Below, one piece after another: positions 21,901 to 32,035 of a DNA stretch of 64,000 nucleotides. The stretch is taken from positions 806,001-870,000 of the forward strand of contig JBNJNM010000023.1 in assembly GCA_052426225.1 (NCBI GenBank), in the 5' to 3' direction. Numbering within the stretch: position 1 is the stretch's first letter; every line of letters begins with the position of its first letter. A model generated the notes under the pieces. It ran no database searches. It was given only the letters and a program-made list of their open reading frames with translations, and had not been told where the DNA came from. The DNA comes from Zancudomyces culisetae HAW-14-8 (lineage: Eukaryota; Fungi; Kickxellomycota). The translations under genes and the position numbers were made by a program.

Positions 21901-22743
21901 AGAGCAGTAGACAACATTCGAACTGAAACAATAATAAATTTCCTAGTACATGATGTAGTAGCAAACTACGGTATTCCAAAAAAGTTAATATCGGATAGAG
22001 GGACTTCATTTATAAGTACAGATGCAGATGAGTTTTATAAATTTGTAGGTATAGATCATAGGCCAACCACAGCCTACCAGCCTCAATCAAACGGGCAAGT
22101 GGAGAGGTTAAATAAAACTTTAGTAAATACCTTAGCAAAAATATGTAGACGAGATCGAAAAAATTGGGACAAATATATCTGGAAAGCAGCGTTATGTCTA
22201 AGAACTATGAAACACAGAGTAACTCAAGAGACACCAGCAAAAATGTTATATGGATTTAACATTAGTACACCAATAAATTGGTCAAACATAATTAATAACG
22301 AAAACGAAGAAGAAGCTATAGTTGAACGCTTATCATTTATTAGAGACGAATTACCTACCATAAGAAACCTAGCAGTTCAAAAAATTATTAAAAATAAGCA
22401 ATATGAAAAAACAAGATATGATAAAAATATTAAGGAATATAAGTTTAAAGATGGTGAAATAGTTTTAAAATTAGTTGAAATTCAAAATTCAAAGTTCTCA
22501 GCTGCATGGGAAGGACCATATACTATTATTCGCTCACTAACTAAAGGTACATATATAATTAGAGACGATAAAGGTAATGTCGATCAAGTAAATGGAGATA
22601 GGTTAAAATATTACCATGAAAGATCGGAACTGATTCCAGAAGTTATAGCAAGCAATCTAAGAACAACATTGAGAAGATACAAGTCACAGCCATACTCTAA
22701 CCGGGACGGTCGAGATTCACGGGGGGGTCTGTCGTATAATTAG
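18913..22743 (+). CDS. pol: Gag zinc knuckle + Pol (protease, RT, RNase H, integrase)
   Basis: CMYCKREGHTSSEC; VDTGA; MPFGL, FIDD; TDAS; H..H..CEIC, GIDTIG/SDRG/VER DDE core; WEGPY motif; frame open from 18913. Confidence 0.95.
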   Translation, partial: SRELVKELIINHPNQNQTKNKQHPTFKNNQPDVEIKSQIKSCMYCKREGHTSSECRSAPWNRKNRTDGSNNHKGVQCIEVYPTEDKNLEEVELEIHETNHLEMMRIEDTWNELSTLEKRKLLDLDRPDKIKIRRSHEEPTNHTYYNRYQGKQNYSVMRNLHNVRADITIGQLIEVCPAVREELNQASTSKVNIKTMDAQSRNSNCKTIVTVNGVKYQAVVDTGAACSIISRGLAQLMKMQNTSTTSETIVTADGANHQIKYKVVGAPITINGKEYIANLLILEIDTHSLVLGTDWLKLHGAIINMNTSTLSLPKDNTVAHIPFSTVKKSNIFYQNGEEFIGIAKEVNKIEFNETQVPEIISEVINRNSKILANSIEELTHTNAVEHSIDTGNANPIKSRPYRIPNTMKDLVREEIKKMKEAGIIEECCSDWCSPVVTVWKKNGKIRICSDYRKLNAVTKKDTYPLPNIEDLFDALSGAKVYSSLDALSGFWQVRIKQEDKLKTAFSFPGEGLYCYNVMPFGLTNSPATFQRLMEKVLAPYLWRFVVVFIDDIVVYSNSIQEHAIHLQLLFDLLSDANIKLNSDKCSFCKEKISYLGHYISANGLETDPSKVNTISQIKYPSNIKELQSFLGMTGYYRKFIKDYASTAKPLTELLRKNKIWSFEKDCIVAVDILKDKLKNAPTLSRPLWDTPFTLTTDASHQGLGAILSQFVNNKELPIAFASRSLTKAEKNYSATHLEGLGVIWGVKYFRNYLWGNKFTIVTDHTALIKLFSSTEATGRLARWSLILQEYEFNIVHRKGTKNPADCLSRSVDHTVDTETMEDCTFDTAALFTLELKEYNDILNYIEHSELPSRLPTEYKEWIKSQSSKYISNSNIMYSHSKKYGNREVLHSKNALEKIREIHDQNHFGISNTWDLVKKLYSGPNLFNLVKKVVNFCEICQKYNESRRVKNRMIPIIASAPFEIVGIDTIGPISPISDSGNQYIITAIDYYTKWPIIRAVDNIRTETIINFLVHDVVANYGIPKKLISDRGTSFISTDADEFYKFVGIDHRPTTAYQPQSNGQVERLNKTLVNTLAKICRRDRKNWDKYIWKAALCLRTMKHRVTQETPAKMLYGFNISTPINWSNIINNENEEEAIVERLSFIRDELPTIRNLAVQKIIKNKQYEKTRYDKNIKEYKFKDGEIVLKLVEIQNSKFSAAWEGPYTIIRSLTKGTYIIRDDKGNVDQVNGDRLKYYHERSELIPEVIASNLRTTLRRYKSQPYSNRDGRDSRGGLSYN

Positions 22744-23055
22744 TAGCACCTTATTGTATGAGCACTTTTTCCCAATGGGTTATTCCTCATACAACGTTTA
22801 TTAGTTTATTATTAGTCTATTTATAGTATTTAAACAATCAGAGGCATACACCTACTGATTATTTAGTTAAGAATTGCAACAATATCATAAGGACATGGTT
22901 GCAATTGTCAATCATAGCAGCTAATAGCTACACCACGTTGTAAACAACCAACGTGGAAAGTTAATCTTAGTACATTTTTCTACATATGAGTATAAAAATC
23001 ATGTCAGAGAATCTAAATAAAAAATCATCAAGTAGTTTAATAAAAATTCACTACA
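22730..23055 (+). repeat. 3' LTR
   Basis: Direct repeat of 17834..18159. Confidence 0.97.
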
Positions 23056-23738
23056 TTTTTTTTTAAACTTAAAAAAAATTATATTCTATCTTTATCTTTG
23101 GTTTAATTTAAAATAATATATTTGTAGTTATTATTATGTATATTTTTTTGAAATAACCACTCTAACTAAAAACTTCAATGGTTCTAGATATCCTTAACTA
23201 TATTTCAATAAATGCAAATGAGACGCACTTGTATATTTTTACATGTAATTAAATCTGCCATTTTAGTATTTGCTAAATCCATGACATCCCCAAGCCTTTG
23301 TTTTAATATCTGTTGTTTATAAATATTATACCGAGCCTGGTTTGGATTTCCACTTAGCTATACCATTGTTTCATATTACTGATTTAAAATTCAAGTACAT
23401 CAACTTTTTAGGATTTTTTGGCAATTAAGTTGTTTGTAAAATTAGTTAAATTTATACTGAGAGTGTTTATAAGCTCAATAAATGGATGTGCTGAGTTACA
23501 AGGTTATTAGTTTTTCTTTCCCATCTGAATGGTCAGTATTTTATTATTACTACTCTTAGCTTTCAGTCATTTTATTGGTATTATTTAATATGTGTAAAAA
23601 AAAATGCATTCATACACAAATAGTAGAAAAATATTAAAACCAAATCTCTAGATAATACTAGTAAGTATCAAGTACATTATTTTCTTCAAAAGCAACCATT
23701 TGCGTTAAGGGTTGAGAGCAAACAAGTAAAGATAGGAT

Positions 23739-24543
23739 CTACTTTACGGTTAGATTTACAGATTTTATCAGAGTTATAGAATTCAAATCTTCATCCCAAT
23801 TCCTAAGAGTCTCCACTACCTTTGGGTCAGTAAGCATTGGTACTTCTATGGTTCAATATTTTTTGTTTTTAGCAAAGTTGTTACTTTTTCTTAACACTAT
23901 AGGCTTATTTGGTAGTTTATAGACATGGTTTTTAAGTGATAATATGGATATATTTTGATAATTATTACCTATACCCGAAAAAGCTGCTTCTTTTGATTCT
24001 TTTTCAACAGAGCTGATAAATAGCTCATCTTTAGGTGCCATAGGCCTGTTAGGCCGTTTTTCAGCTTTAATTTTGTTAACTTTTTCGTCATTTCTGCTCA
24101 AAAATATCTTTGTTAGTCCCAGCAATTCTTCATTCGTGTAAATTACTTTGCTTTCGTCTAGATTTTCTTTAAACCAAGCAAACTTCTGAACTATATATTT
24201 TATATTTTACTATATGTCTTAATAAATCGATGGTTGTATAAAAATGAAGTGTCTAAACAGGAATTTGGATAAAAAACTGAACAGTAAAAAAGAATTTTCA
24301 ATTCATTTTACCTTTTGGCATTGCCCGGATTAAAAATTTTTCTTTAGTATCTTCCAACTTCTCGCTTCTGCTCATTGCCCGATGTATTTGTTTGGCTTTG
24401 CGTGAATAGGGATGGGCACTTTCCTTGCCTTTTATTTTTTTCAGCGATTTCCTTTTGTTGTTTGGCTAAAGGATGTCCGGCAAGATCAATGAGTTAGATA
24501 AAAAAGTAAGTATAATAAGAGGTACACAGAGTTTACTTACCAT
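23739..24543 (-). CDS. TMA16: Translation machinery-associated protein 16 (exons 24543-24541, 24465-24312, 24190-23969, 23845-23739)
   Basis: Spliced product MPNNKRKSLKKIKGKESAHPYSRKAKQ...KFAWFK...EVPMLTD...LRNWD; HPYSRKA signature; GT-AG introns in frame. Confidence 0.85.
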
Positions 24544-25231
24544 TTTAGATTTAGTGTGGTATGATGTCTTGTAATTCTGTAGAGATACTCGATTCCTATT
24601 GAAACGTATAAAATCTTTTCATATAACAGCAATCTTTTTATTTCAAATTTATTATTGATCCAGCTTTTTATAATTTTTTTAATCATTTATTTTTTTGTTA
24701 GGAAAATTTTTTTGAGTCAAATGACAATTTTAGTAAAAGTGAGGCTAACATGAAATAAAAATATACAAACATATTAGTATCATTGGGTGTAGTCTAAATT
24801 AATTCAAGATTATCTTCACATTCCATAATCGGGACAAGTGAATATCTAAAATATGGTATGTATACATATATAAAATAAGTACAGAAGGTACGACAAGCTC
24901 TAACGTTCACCACAAGGGTTCACTTTTCCCAGAGTTTATTAAGTTTGTCTCTTACTGTAAAACTCCAATTATTGAGATGAAAGAAAGACTCTTAACCAAA
25001 TAGTATTAGTTTGATCAGATAATAAAAGTTGTGAAGTTAGAGACAGGGAGAGAGAGGCGAAATAACTTGAGAGAGAAAAAAATCAAGGATGACCATGTAG
25101 TATGTTTGGGATTATTATTAAGCGTTGGAATACCTCCTTTCTACATAGAGACAAATTGTCAGCTTCAAATTTTAGAATAGAAAGTACAAATAACCAAATT
25201 GATAAATAAACATACATCAAACGTATATAAA

Positions 25232-26518
25232 CTAAAGTTGTGACTGTGTATGCAAAGCCACACACTGATCCGAATTTGGATATTTGGGTAGATTCAAGTT
25301 GTATTCGTCAAGCATAAACCTTGGAACAAACCTTCCTCCCAAGTAATGGTATTTCCCACTGAAAAGTTTAGCACAGGGCTTTGGTGCTGTCAACGAAACA
25401 AGCATCTCTGGCTTTATTCCTTCGCTATTCAACGGACCCATGTCAACATCCCAGCCCGAGGGTACATCCACAGATACAATAGGAATGGCGGTGCCTTCAA
25501 GTGCTTTAAGTGCGGCAAGATATGGTTCTCTTATTGGTGGTTTAAACCCAAATCCGAAAAAAGCATCAATAATAAGATCTGTATTTACCAAACATTGTGA
25601 AAAGTCATCCTTCTCAACTGGAATATCACACTGCACACATTGCTTCAACAACGAATCATAAAACGCTACTTTTGATGATTTTTTGGGGTAATACAGTTTG
25701 GGTTTGTATCCAATATGTGATAGATGTCTTGCAGCAACCAGACCTTTAAAGTAAAATTAAATCCATATTTTATGCTGAGAATGTAAATTTATCACAATCA
25801 AAATATCAATAAACGCAGTGAGAAGCACATCCACATCCACACACATTATATATATATATATGTGTGTGTGTATTTAGTGCAAAAAAAGCTTTAATTATTA
25901 CCATCTCCACCATTGTTTCCTGGACCTACGCAAACTAAAACGTTGGGAAAATTTTTTGCCGAATATTCCTTAGTTATTGACTGGGCTACGCTAAAGCCCG
26001 CTATAAATAAGTAAAACCATGTTAAAAGATATAAAGTTACAACAAAACCAAGATATTTTCTTTTCTCTTTTCTTATCCCCTCCTTGATGGCACAAAGTGC
26101 AATTCAGCAATTAATACCTTCTCATGTACAAGTAAAAAAATGCTATCATTTGTGAGTGAAAAAAAAAGTAATTCCAACCTAATTCCATCAGCTGCTCTAA
26201 AACAAAGCCACATTTTTCTGACATTAAATCGGTATCAAATCTTGAGGCAGCAGCTTGCTTCAGGTACTATATTTTTATTATGAAAATTTAGTTTAAATTT
26301 CGGAATAGCATGATGATAATTTAAAAGTAAAATTGATTGTGCCTTGGGCAACAAGCTTGTGTTGTGGGTGTGTAATTTAATCCGTTAAATGATTCTTTTT
26401 TACTATATATATATATATAAATATGTATGTATGTATACATCAACCAAGTTCTCAGGGAACATGGATTTTATTGTTGCTAGAGATTCTGTTGGTTACTTAC
26501 ACTATATTTCGTTGACAT
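25232..26518 (-). CDS. NNR1: NAD(P)H-hydrate epimerase, YjeF N-terminal domain (exons 26518-26501, 26266-26179, 26000-25902, 25743-25232)
   Basis: QLMELAGLSVAQ, GPGNNGGDGLVAARHL, DAFFGFGF, SVDVPSGWDV, SLTAPK, HYLGGRFVP; first exon least certain. Confidence 0.92.
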
Positions 26519-26995
26519 TATCTTTTGTACACTTTTGTTGTTTTTTAAAAAATTGTCTGTCGATTAAGAGTATTAAAAACTAGAACTTATATAATATAAA
26601 ATCATCAAGGCTACAAAGGGATTTTTTTTCTTGCAATCAAGCATACTTCACACTTTACTCATTCATTATTTGGTTTTGTCAAAACTCAGATTTTACTAGC
26701 TCTTTATTTTGTTGAAGGAATATAAAAAATTCAAGCTTTAAAAATGCATTAAATGCATTGAAACAACACAATTTTCAATGCCAATCTGCACAATATTTTA
26801 CCTAATAAAAACTAAGGTCTAAAAAAGACGTGATCTTTTTGCGATAAAAAAAGTATGTATATCAGATTGGTGTATTCCCAGATTTAGTAGTAATGACCAT
26901 TCAGGTAGGGCAGAAAACATTAGAAAGACGAAAAAGCATTTGTGAGTTGAAGGCAGTGAGAAAGAGATGTATAGGAAGAGGGAGAGTGCCGTGTT

Positions 26996-27244
26996 CTAGA
27001 CATGGAAATTCGAGTACATGCCGTTAATCAGTGCTTGTCGCTTGATTATTTGGAGTTGCTTTTTCCAATGGGTCAAAAACTTGCTAATCTCTTCATTTTG
27101 GCTGAGATTTCTGTTGATATGGAAGTCATACTTTGCACGGTTATAAAAGTACTGTCTAAAATTCGAAGCTTGGAATTGATTTGAAGATTTTAGAATATCC
27201 CTATATAGCCTCAAAACTGCCTTTTTTGACTGAGTTTGTGACAT
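26996..27244 (-). CDS. ISD11: LYR-motif protein, Isd11/LYRM4-like
   Basis: LRLYRDIL, F..SNFRQYF, IKRQALINGMY motifs; 82 aa. Confidence 0.8.
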   Translation of the reverse strand: MSQTQSKKAVLRLYRDILKSSNQFQASNFRQYFYNRAKYDFHINRNLSQNEEISKFLTHWKKQLQIIKRQALINGMYSNFHV

Positions 27245-28139
27245 TATGTTGTACTGTTGTTTTTCGTGACCCGTTCTTGTTGTTATTATCGTCTCTTATC
27301 GCTCTTTTATTGCTCTGTATTTCTATAATTTGAGATTCTAATTTTTTCAATTTTCTTTTTTATGTTTAATCTTTAATATACATATTTCAAACCTTTTGTA
27401 GAAATAGTTAGCTTTTAACCAAATCAAACTTTTTTTTTGGCTATTATTTTCAGTATTTTTGATTAATTTTTTTTTTTGCTAATTAGTAATCGTCTAATAT
27501 GTCACAAAAACGAACAAATTAATGGACACTTTTCGAAGCTAAGCACTAACCAGCAAAAAGTCTTAATTTATACAGTGCTTGGTTGGGGAAGATACATGAA
27601 TTAATTTAAATGAGCAGCTGTTAGACAAGGTAAGTTCCTACTAAGTGCTAGGAAAGGATGTGGAAGGGAAGAGGAGAGGAGGAAGAGTAGTTGCTTAAAC
27701 CTGTGTAGTGGTTTTATTTGCATTTTTATTAGTAGATTATATAGTCAAATACAACCTTTCAAGTTCAGCCTTTTAGATTAAATATACTCGATATTTTAGC
27801 TCTTTAAAAAAACTTTTATAAATGCTAATGTGGTCTTTTAAAATTGCAGATTAATATTGTTCTAAGCTTATAATGTTAACAAGCTGTATGAGTATAGTTA
27901 TTAATGGGATATTTTCTTTTATTGTAGATGGTCACAAGTAAACTATGTTTAAAATTTATTCAGAATACAATAGTTAGTCATATAAAAACCCAATAAAATA
28001 CAATACACTTTTATCGTAATTGGAAAACATCCTCTTCGTTTAGCTATTTAAACGACAACTAGTGCAACAGATGAAAATAAGGATTGTTTTGCGCATATAA
28101 CGGTATCCCTATTATATTGGAACCAATGTATACATATAA

Positions 28140-28290
28140 ATGTATTTATTTAGTGTGTATATATTTAGTGTATATTTATTTAGTGTATATTTATTTATAT
28201 ATGTATTTATTTATATATGTATTTATTTATATATGTATTTATTTATGTATGTATTTATTTATGTATGTGTGTGCGCGTGTATATATATCA
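28140..28290. repeat. Low-complexity AT microsatellite (TATTTATATATG-like)
   Basis: Degenerate short tandem repeats. Confidence 0.8.
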
Positions 28291-29407
28291 AAATGAGAGA
28301 ACCATTCGTTCTATGAACTGAAATGGTTTACACAAAGTAAAGCACTAATATATTGATTAATACATTCGAATAAAGAGTGAGATTTTGGTGAATATTATCA
28401 TATTAATACACATATTAAGTAAATGCAATGTAATATTAAGCTTTATGACTAGGCTATTGCAAAACAAAAAATTATGGAGAATGGTCCTCGAGGTAGATTA
28501 AAAAAGTGCTTAAAGTTCATATACATTCATAAAATACACGTTTATTACACCTTTTTTTTTATGTAATAACAAACTGAATTCTCACCCGCTTCCGCTCCCC
28601 CATCTCCTCTCCCACACTCTTTCTTGATAAAAGTTGCGTTATGTGGTAACAAAAGGATATAGAACGAAAATCACAAGATTACAAAAAGAATGTTGATCTA
28701 TTTTTTTCTCCAACCAAATTGGCAAAAAAAAATAGACAAGTGGTTCCAACGATAGATGACTATTTAAATGAATTTTACTCACACAAAATATTGTTTTGAG
28801 GGGGGTGTGGGTGTGGGAAGGGGAAATGTGACTTTAAATTAAGAAAAATAACAGATTATAAAACGATAATGCTGATATATCAAGTTGTAGCATGGCTATT
28901 TTACTATTGTTGGTCGCTAGAATATATGTAATATTTTATGACTTATAAGTTTGTAGTCAAGCTTGGTAAAGAAAAAACATATTGCTTTATTACAAAGGGT
29001 GATATTAGCTGGTTTGCTCACCTTTTTAATCTTTGAGAATTAGGTAAAAAATAATGTGAAAAAAAATAGTGGACCATTTTAATACACAGGTCTAATTCTC
29101 ATTGCTACAGTAACAAGTTATTATAACAAACCTAAATAAATGGAACAATCAAACAAAGCTATTCCGTAAAAAAAAAAAATTTAGTTGAATTTTTTTCAGA
29201 AAAAAATACCGGGCAAAATTCCTGAGAAAACTATTACAAAGGTTAAAGAAAAGAAAAACTCACTCAAATGTGTAAATAAACATTTTTGTATTAGGCTTTG
29301 AATATATTAAAAAGGAAATTGAATCTACCAAAAAAAACGTCATAATTTGACAACGTAGAACAGTTTTTTTTGTGAAATGAAGAAAGGAGCGTGAAAAAAC
29401 AAGAAAT

Positions 29408-31279
29408 ATGAGCGAAGGAATAACAAAAATGATAACAGGACTTCCAACAGCAATCACAATAATATCAACATTAGTGGTGATAATTTTGACACTTGGGGGG
29501 ATAGGGCTCGTGGTAGCCTCGCATAGAATAGGAGAAAAACGAGTTAAAGCGGTGTTGGTTACAGGAAATCAACAAGTTAACGAGGATGAAATTATTGATC
29601 AACGAGAGTTTCTAAGATTGCATTTTTTAAGAAAAAATAAGGCGATCGAAACAAAGTATGGGAATAGCCGGATAGCGCTGTTCCAGAAAGAGGTGCTCAA
29701 CGGAGTTAAGAAACTGGAGAGTATGGGTGCTTTGGAGCAAATTACTCTTGGAGCGTTTTATTTACGAGAGAATAGAAAGAGCAGTAGTAGGGATACAGTG
29801 TGGCTAGAGTTTTTGAAGGCAGTGAGTCAGGGTAAGCAATGGGGCAAGTCGAAGGGAGAAGGGATACGAGAGCTATATAAAAAAGCGGTATGTAGCTGGG
29901 GGTGTACATTTGTGGACCGAGAGTTGTTGGATATGCAAAGCAGTCAGCTAGAAGTGAACACACTGATATGCGTAGATACGGGAAAGATGCTGAGAACAAC
30001 AGTACTTCGGTCGGCTATAGCACCGCTGGTGAATCCTAGCGATAAAGAGTTTGATACGGTGGTGACAGCGTTTAAGAAGCTGACGGATGTGTCGCATTGG
30101 GGATTGGGGCTGATTGGGTATTTTTCGTTTGGGCTTTTGCGAATGTTTTTGAGGTGGTTGATGGAAACAGAGCTGAATATAGTGTACAAATTGGTGGAAA
30201 ATACTATGCAAAAAAGAGGAGTTGGTAGCAAGGACTATCAATTTTATTTGGAAAACAAAAAACTATTTGAGGACGAAGTAGTGTATCGGATTATTTCATT
30301 TAATGCACAGACAGCATCGCATCTGATTACCACATTCTATGATGTTGCAACACACGATTCGATCAAGAAGAAGCTGAAGCGGGAACAAAAGGACAACTCA
30401 ATGGATCCAGAGAAATTCATGAATGTATGCGACCAGCTTGACCAGACCAGCACGCCTGGACCCAAAAAGGATGGCGATTATCCGCTAAATGTGCCAGGTG
30501 GTGGAAGACATCTGCTGCAAAAGAGCGACGTTATGCACAATAAAGTCGCAGATCTCAATATGCTGACTCTTAAAATGGTGCAGGCCATGAAGCTGCTGTC
30601 GGCATGTGTGCTAGAGTCGTATCGGCTATGTCCGCCAGTGTGTTCCAGCCTCTGGGTTCTTAACAAGACTATTACCACCAGCTCTGATGACCAAATTTTG
30701 GCTCTGTTGAAGGAACTTTCTGTCCTCAACAAGGGCGATTACTTGGGTTTCTGTTCCTCTGCTGTCTATGAAATCGAAACTGACCCTCTCCTCTCTACCT
30801 CTTCTCCTTCCCTTTCCTCTGATCCTCCTTCCTTTGACAGTTCTGACCCCAACCGTTCTTCTCCTTCCAAATCAGACTCGGCTCTTTCGCCCGATCTTCC
30901 CGACTCCGATTCTTCCTCCACCGAAAACTCCACCCTCAATTTCCACAACCCCACTTCTGACCCTGTCAACCCTTATTTTACCACCAACACCAGTCCCCGC
31001 ACCACATCTTCACCCAACGAGCCTCTTGGCTTCTCTGTCTATTCCCCTCTCAAAAACTATTCCCGAAACATTGCTTTCCATCGTGACTTGGAGGCTTTGA
31101 ACTCCAAAGACTACTCTCTCAACCTTGACTTTATCCGCACTTTTATTTCCCACTTGTTGCAGCGAGCTGACTACTCTACTTTTGAGTGGGGAAAGCCTGA
31201 AGTCAAGGATTCTTTCTTGCTCTATCCCTGTCTATATAACTCTAGTATGCTTTTTAGGCTGACTGCTAAGAAATCTTGA
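29408..31279 (+). CDS. Highly divergent cytochrome P450-like protein lacking the heme-ligand motif
   Basis: N-terminal TM anchor; I/J-helix-like FNAQTASHLITTFYDVATHDSIKKKLKREQ; K-helix LSACVLESYRLCPPV (ExxR); no FxxGxxxCxG. Confidence 0.65.
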   Translation: MSEGITKMITGLPTAITIISTLVVIILTLGGIGLVVASHRIGEKRVKAVLVTGNQQVNEDEIIDQREFLRLHFLRKNKAIETKYGNSRIALFQKEVLNGVKKLESMGALEQITLGAFYLRENRKSSSRDTVWLEFLKAVSQGKQWGKSKGEGIRELYKKAVCSWGCTFVDRELLDMQSSQLEVNTLICVDTGKMLRTTVLRSAIAPLVNPSDKEFDTVVTAFKKLTDVSHWGLGLIGYFSFGLLRMFLRWLMETELNIVYKLVENTMQKRGVGSKDYQFYLENKKLFEDEVVYRIISFNAQTASHLITTFYDVATHDSIKKKLKREQKDNSMDPEKFMNVCDQLDQTSTPGPKKDGDYPLNVPGGGRHLLQKSDVMHNKVADLNMLTLKMVQAMKLLSACVLESYRLCPPVCSSLWVLNKTITTSSDDQILALLKELSVLNKGDYLGFCSSAVYEIETDPLLSTSSPSLSSDPPSFDSSDPNRSSPSKSDSALSPDLPDSDSSSTENSTLNFHNPTSDPVNPYFTTNTSPRTTSSPNEPLGFSVYSPLKNYSRNIAFHRDLEALNSKDYSLNLDFIRTFISHLLQRADYSTFEWGKPEVKDSFLLYPCLYNSSMLFRLTAKKS

Positions 31280-32035
31280 TTTAATCTCCTCTCGTTTATC
31301 CTTTTTTTACATTTACTTATTTATTTATTCATTTATTTATCCAATTTTCTTGTTTTAGAATTTGTTTTTATTTTTTCATATGCCCACTGTTTTGTTAACT
31401 ATATTCTGTCCTTTATAAAGCCTTTGAATATCTTGAACTCTGTAACCTCTTTATTTTCTTTTATTACCATACTTTTGACCTGAAATCAATCTTCGTATGC
31501 GTGATTGATAAATAGACTATGATTTCATTTGCATTTCTTGGTTTCAAATTGGGATATTAATGCTACACTTTACTTGAGTGTAGCTATTGGTAAATAATAA
31601 TAAAAATTCTCACTTTTCCACCAATTCCTCTTCTCCTCCTTTCTCCTTCTCCTTTCCTCTTCTCCTTTCTCCTTCTCCTTTCCCCTAGCTCCTTCCCCTA
31701 ACTCCTTCCCCTAACTCCACCTGCTTTCCAAAGATAACCCCATTTACAAAATAAACATACGTTTCCTCTTTTATTTTATTAACTTTGTGTTAACAAATTA
31801 ACTTTTAATATCAATAGCTAAAAATAAAAAAGCTCTATTTTATTCAAAGCTTTACACAAATTAGACCATAAGAATAATCTTTACACATCACCTCCACTTT
31901 CTTTCCTCACACACATCACCCCCCTGATCTTTCTAATTATAGAATACTACTCGATAAATAAGACATTCACATTCTATTTCACTTTTTTATTCTTTTATTA
32001 ATATTTTAGAGAGCTAAAAAAATACATATATAAAA

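Larger units (their letters stand above)
17834..23055 (+). mobile_element. Full-length Ty3/gypsy LTR retrotransposon
   Basis: Two 326-bp LTRs (TG...CA), identical by eye; TSD TTTT; PBS-like TGGCGCTCCT at 18164; G-tract before 3' LTR; gag-PR-RT-RH-IN order. Confidence 0.97.

Noticed and set aside
28084-28296. 70-aa Tyr/Ile-rich ORF
   Set aside because: Translation of an AT microsatellite
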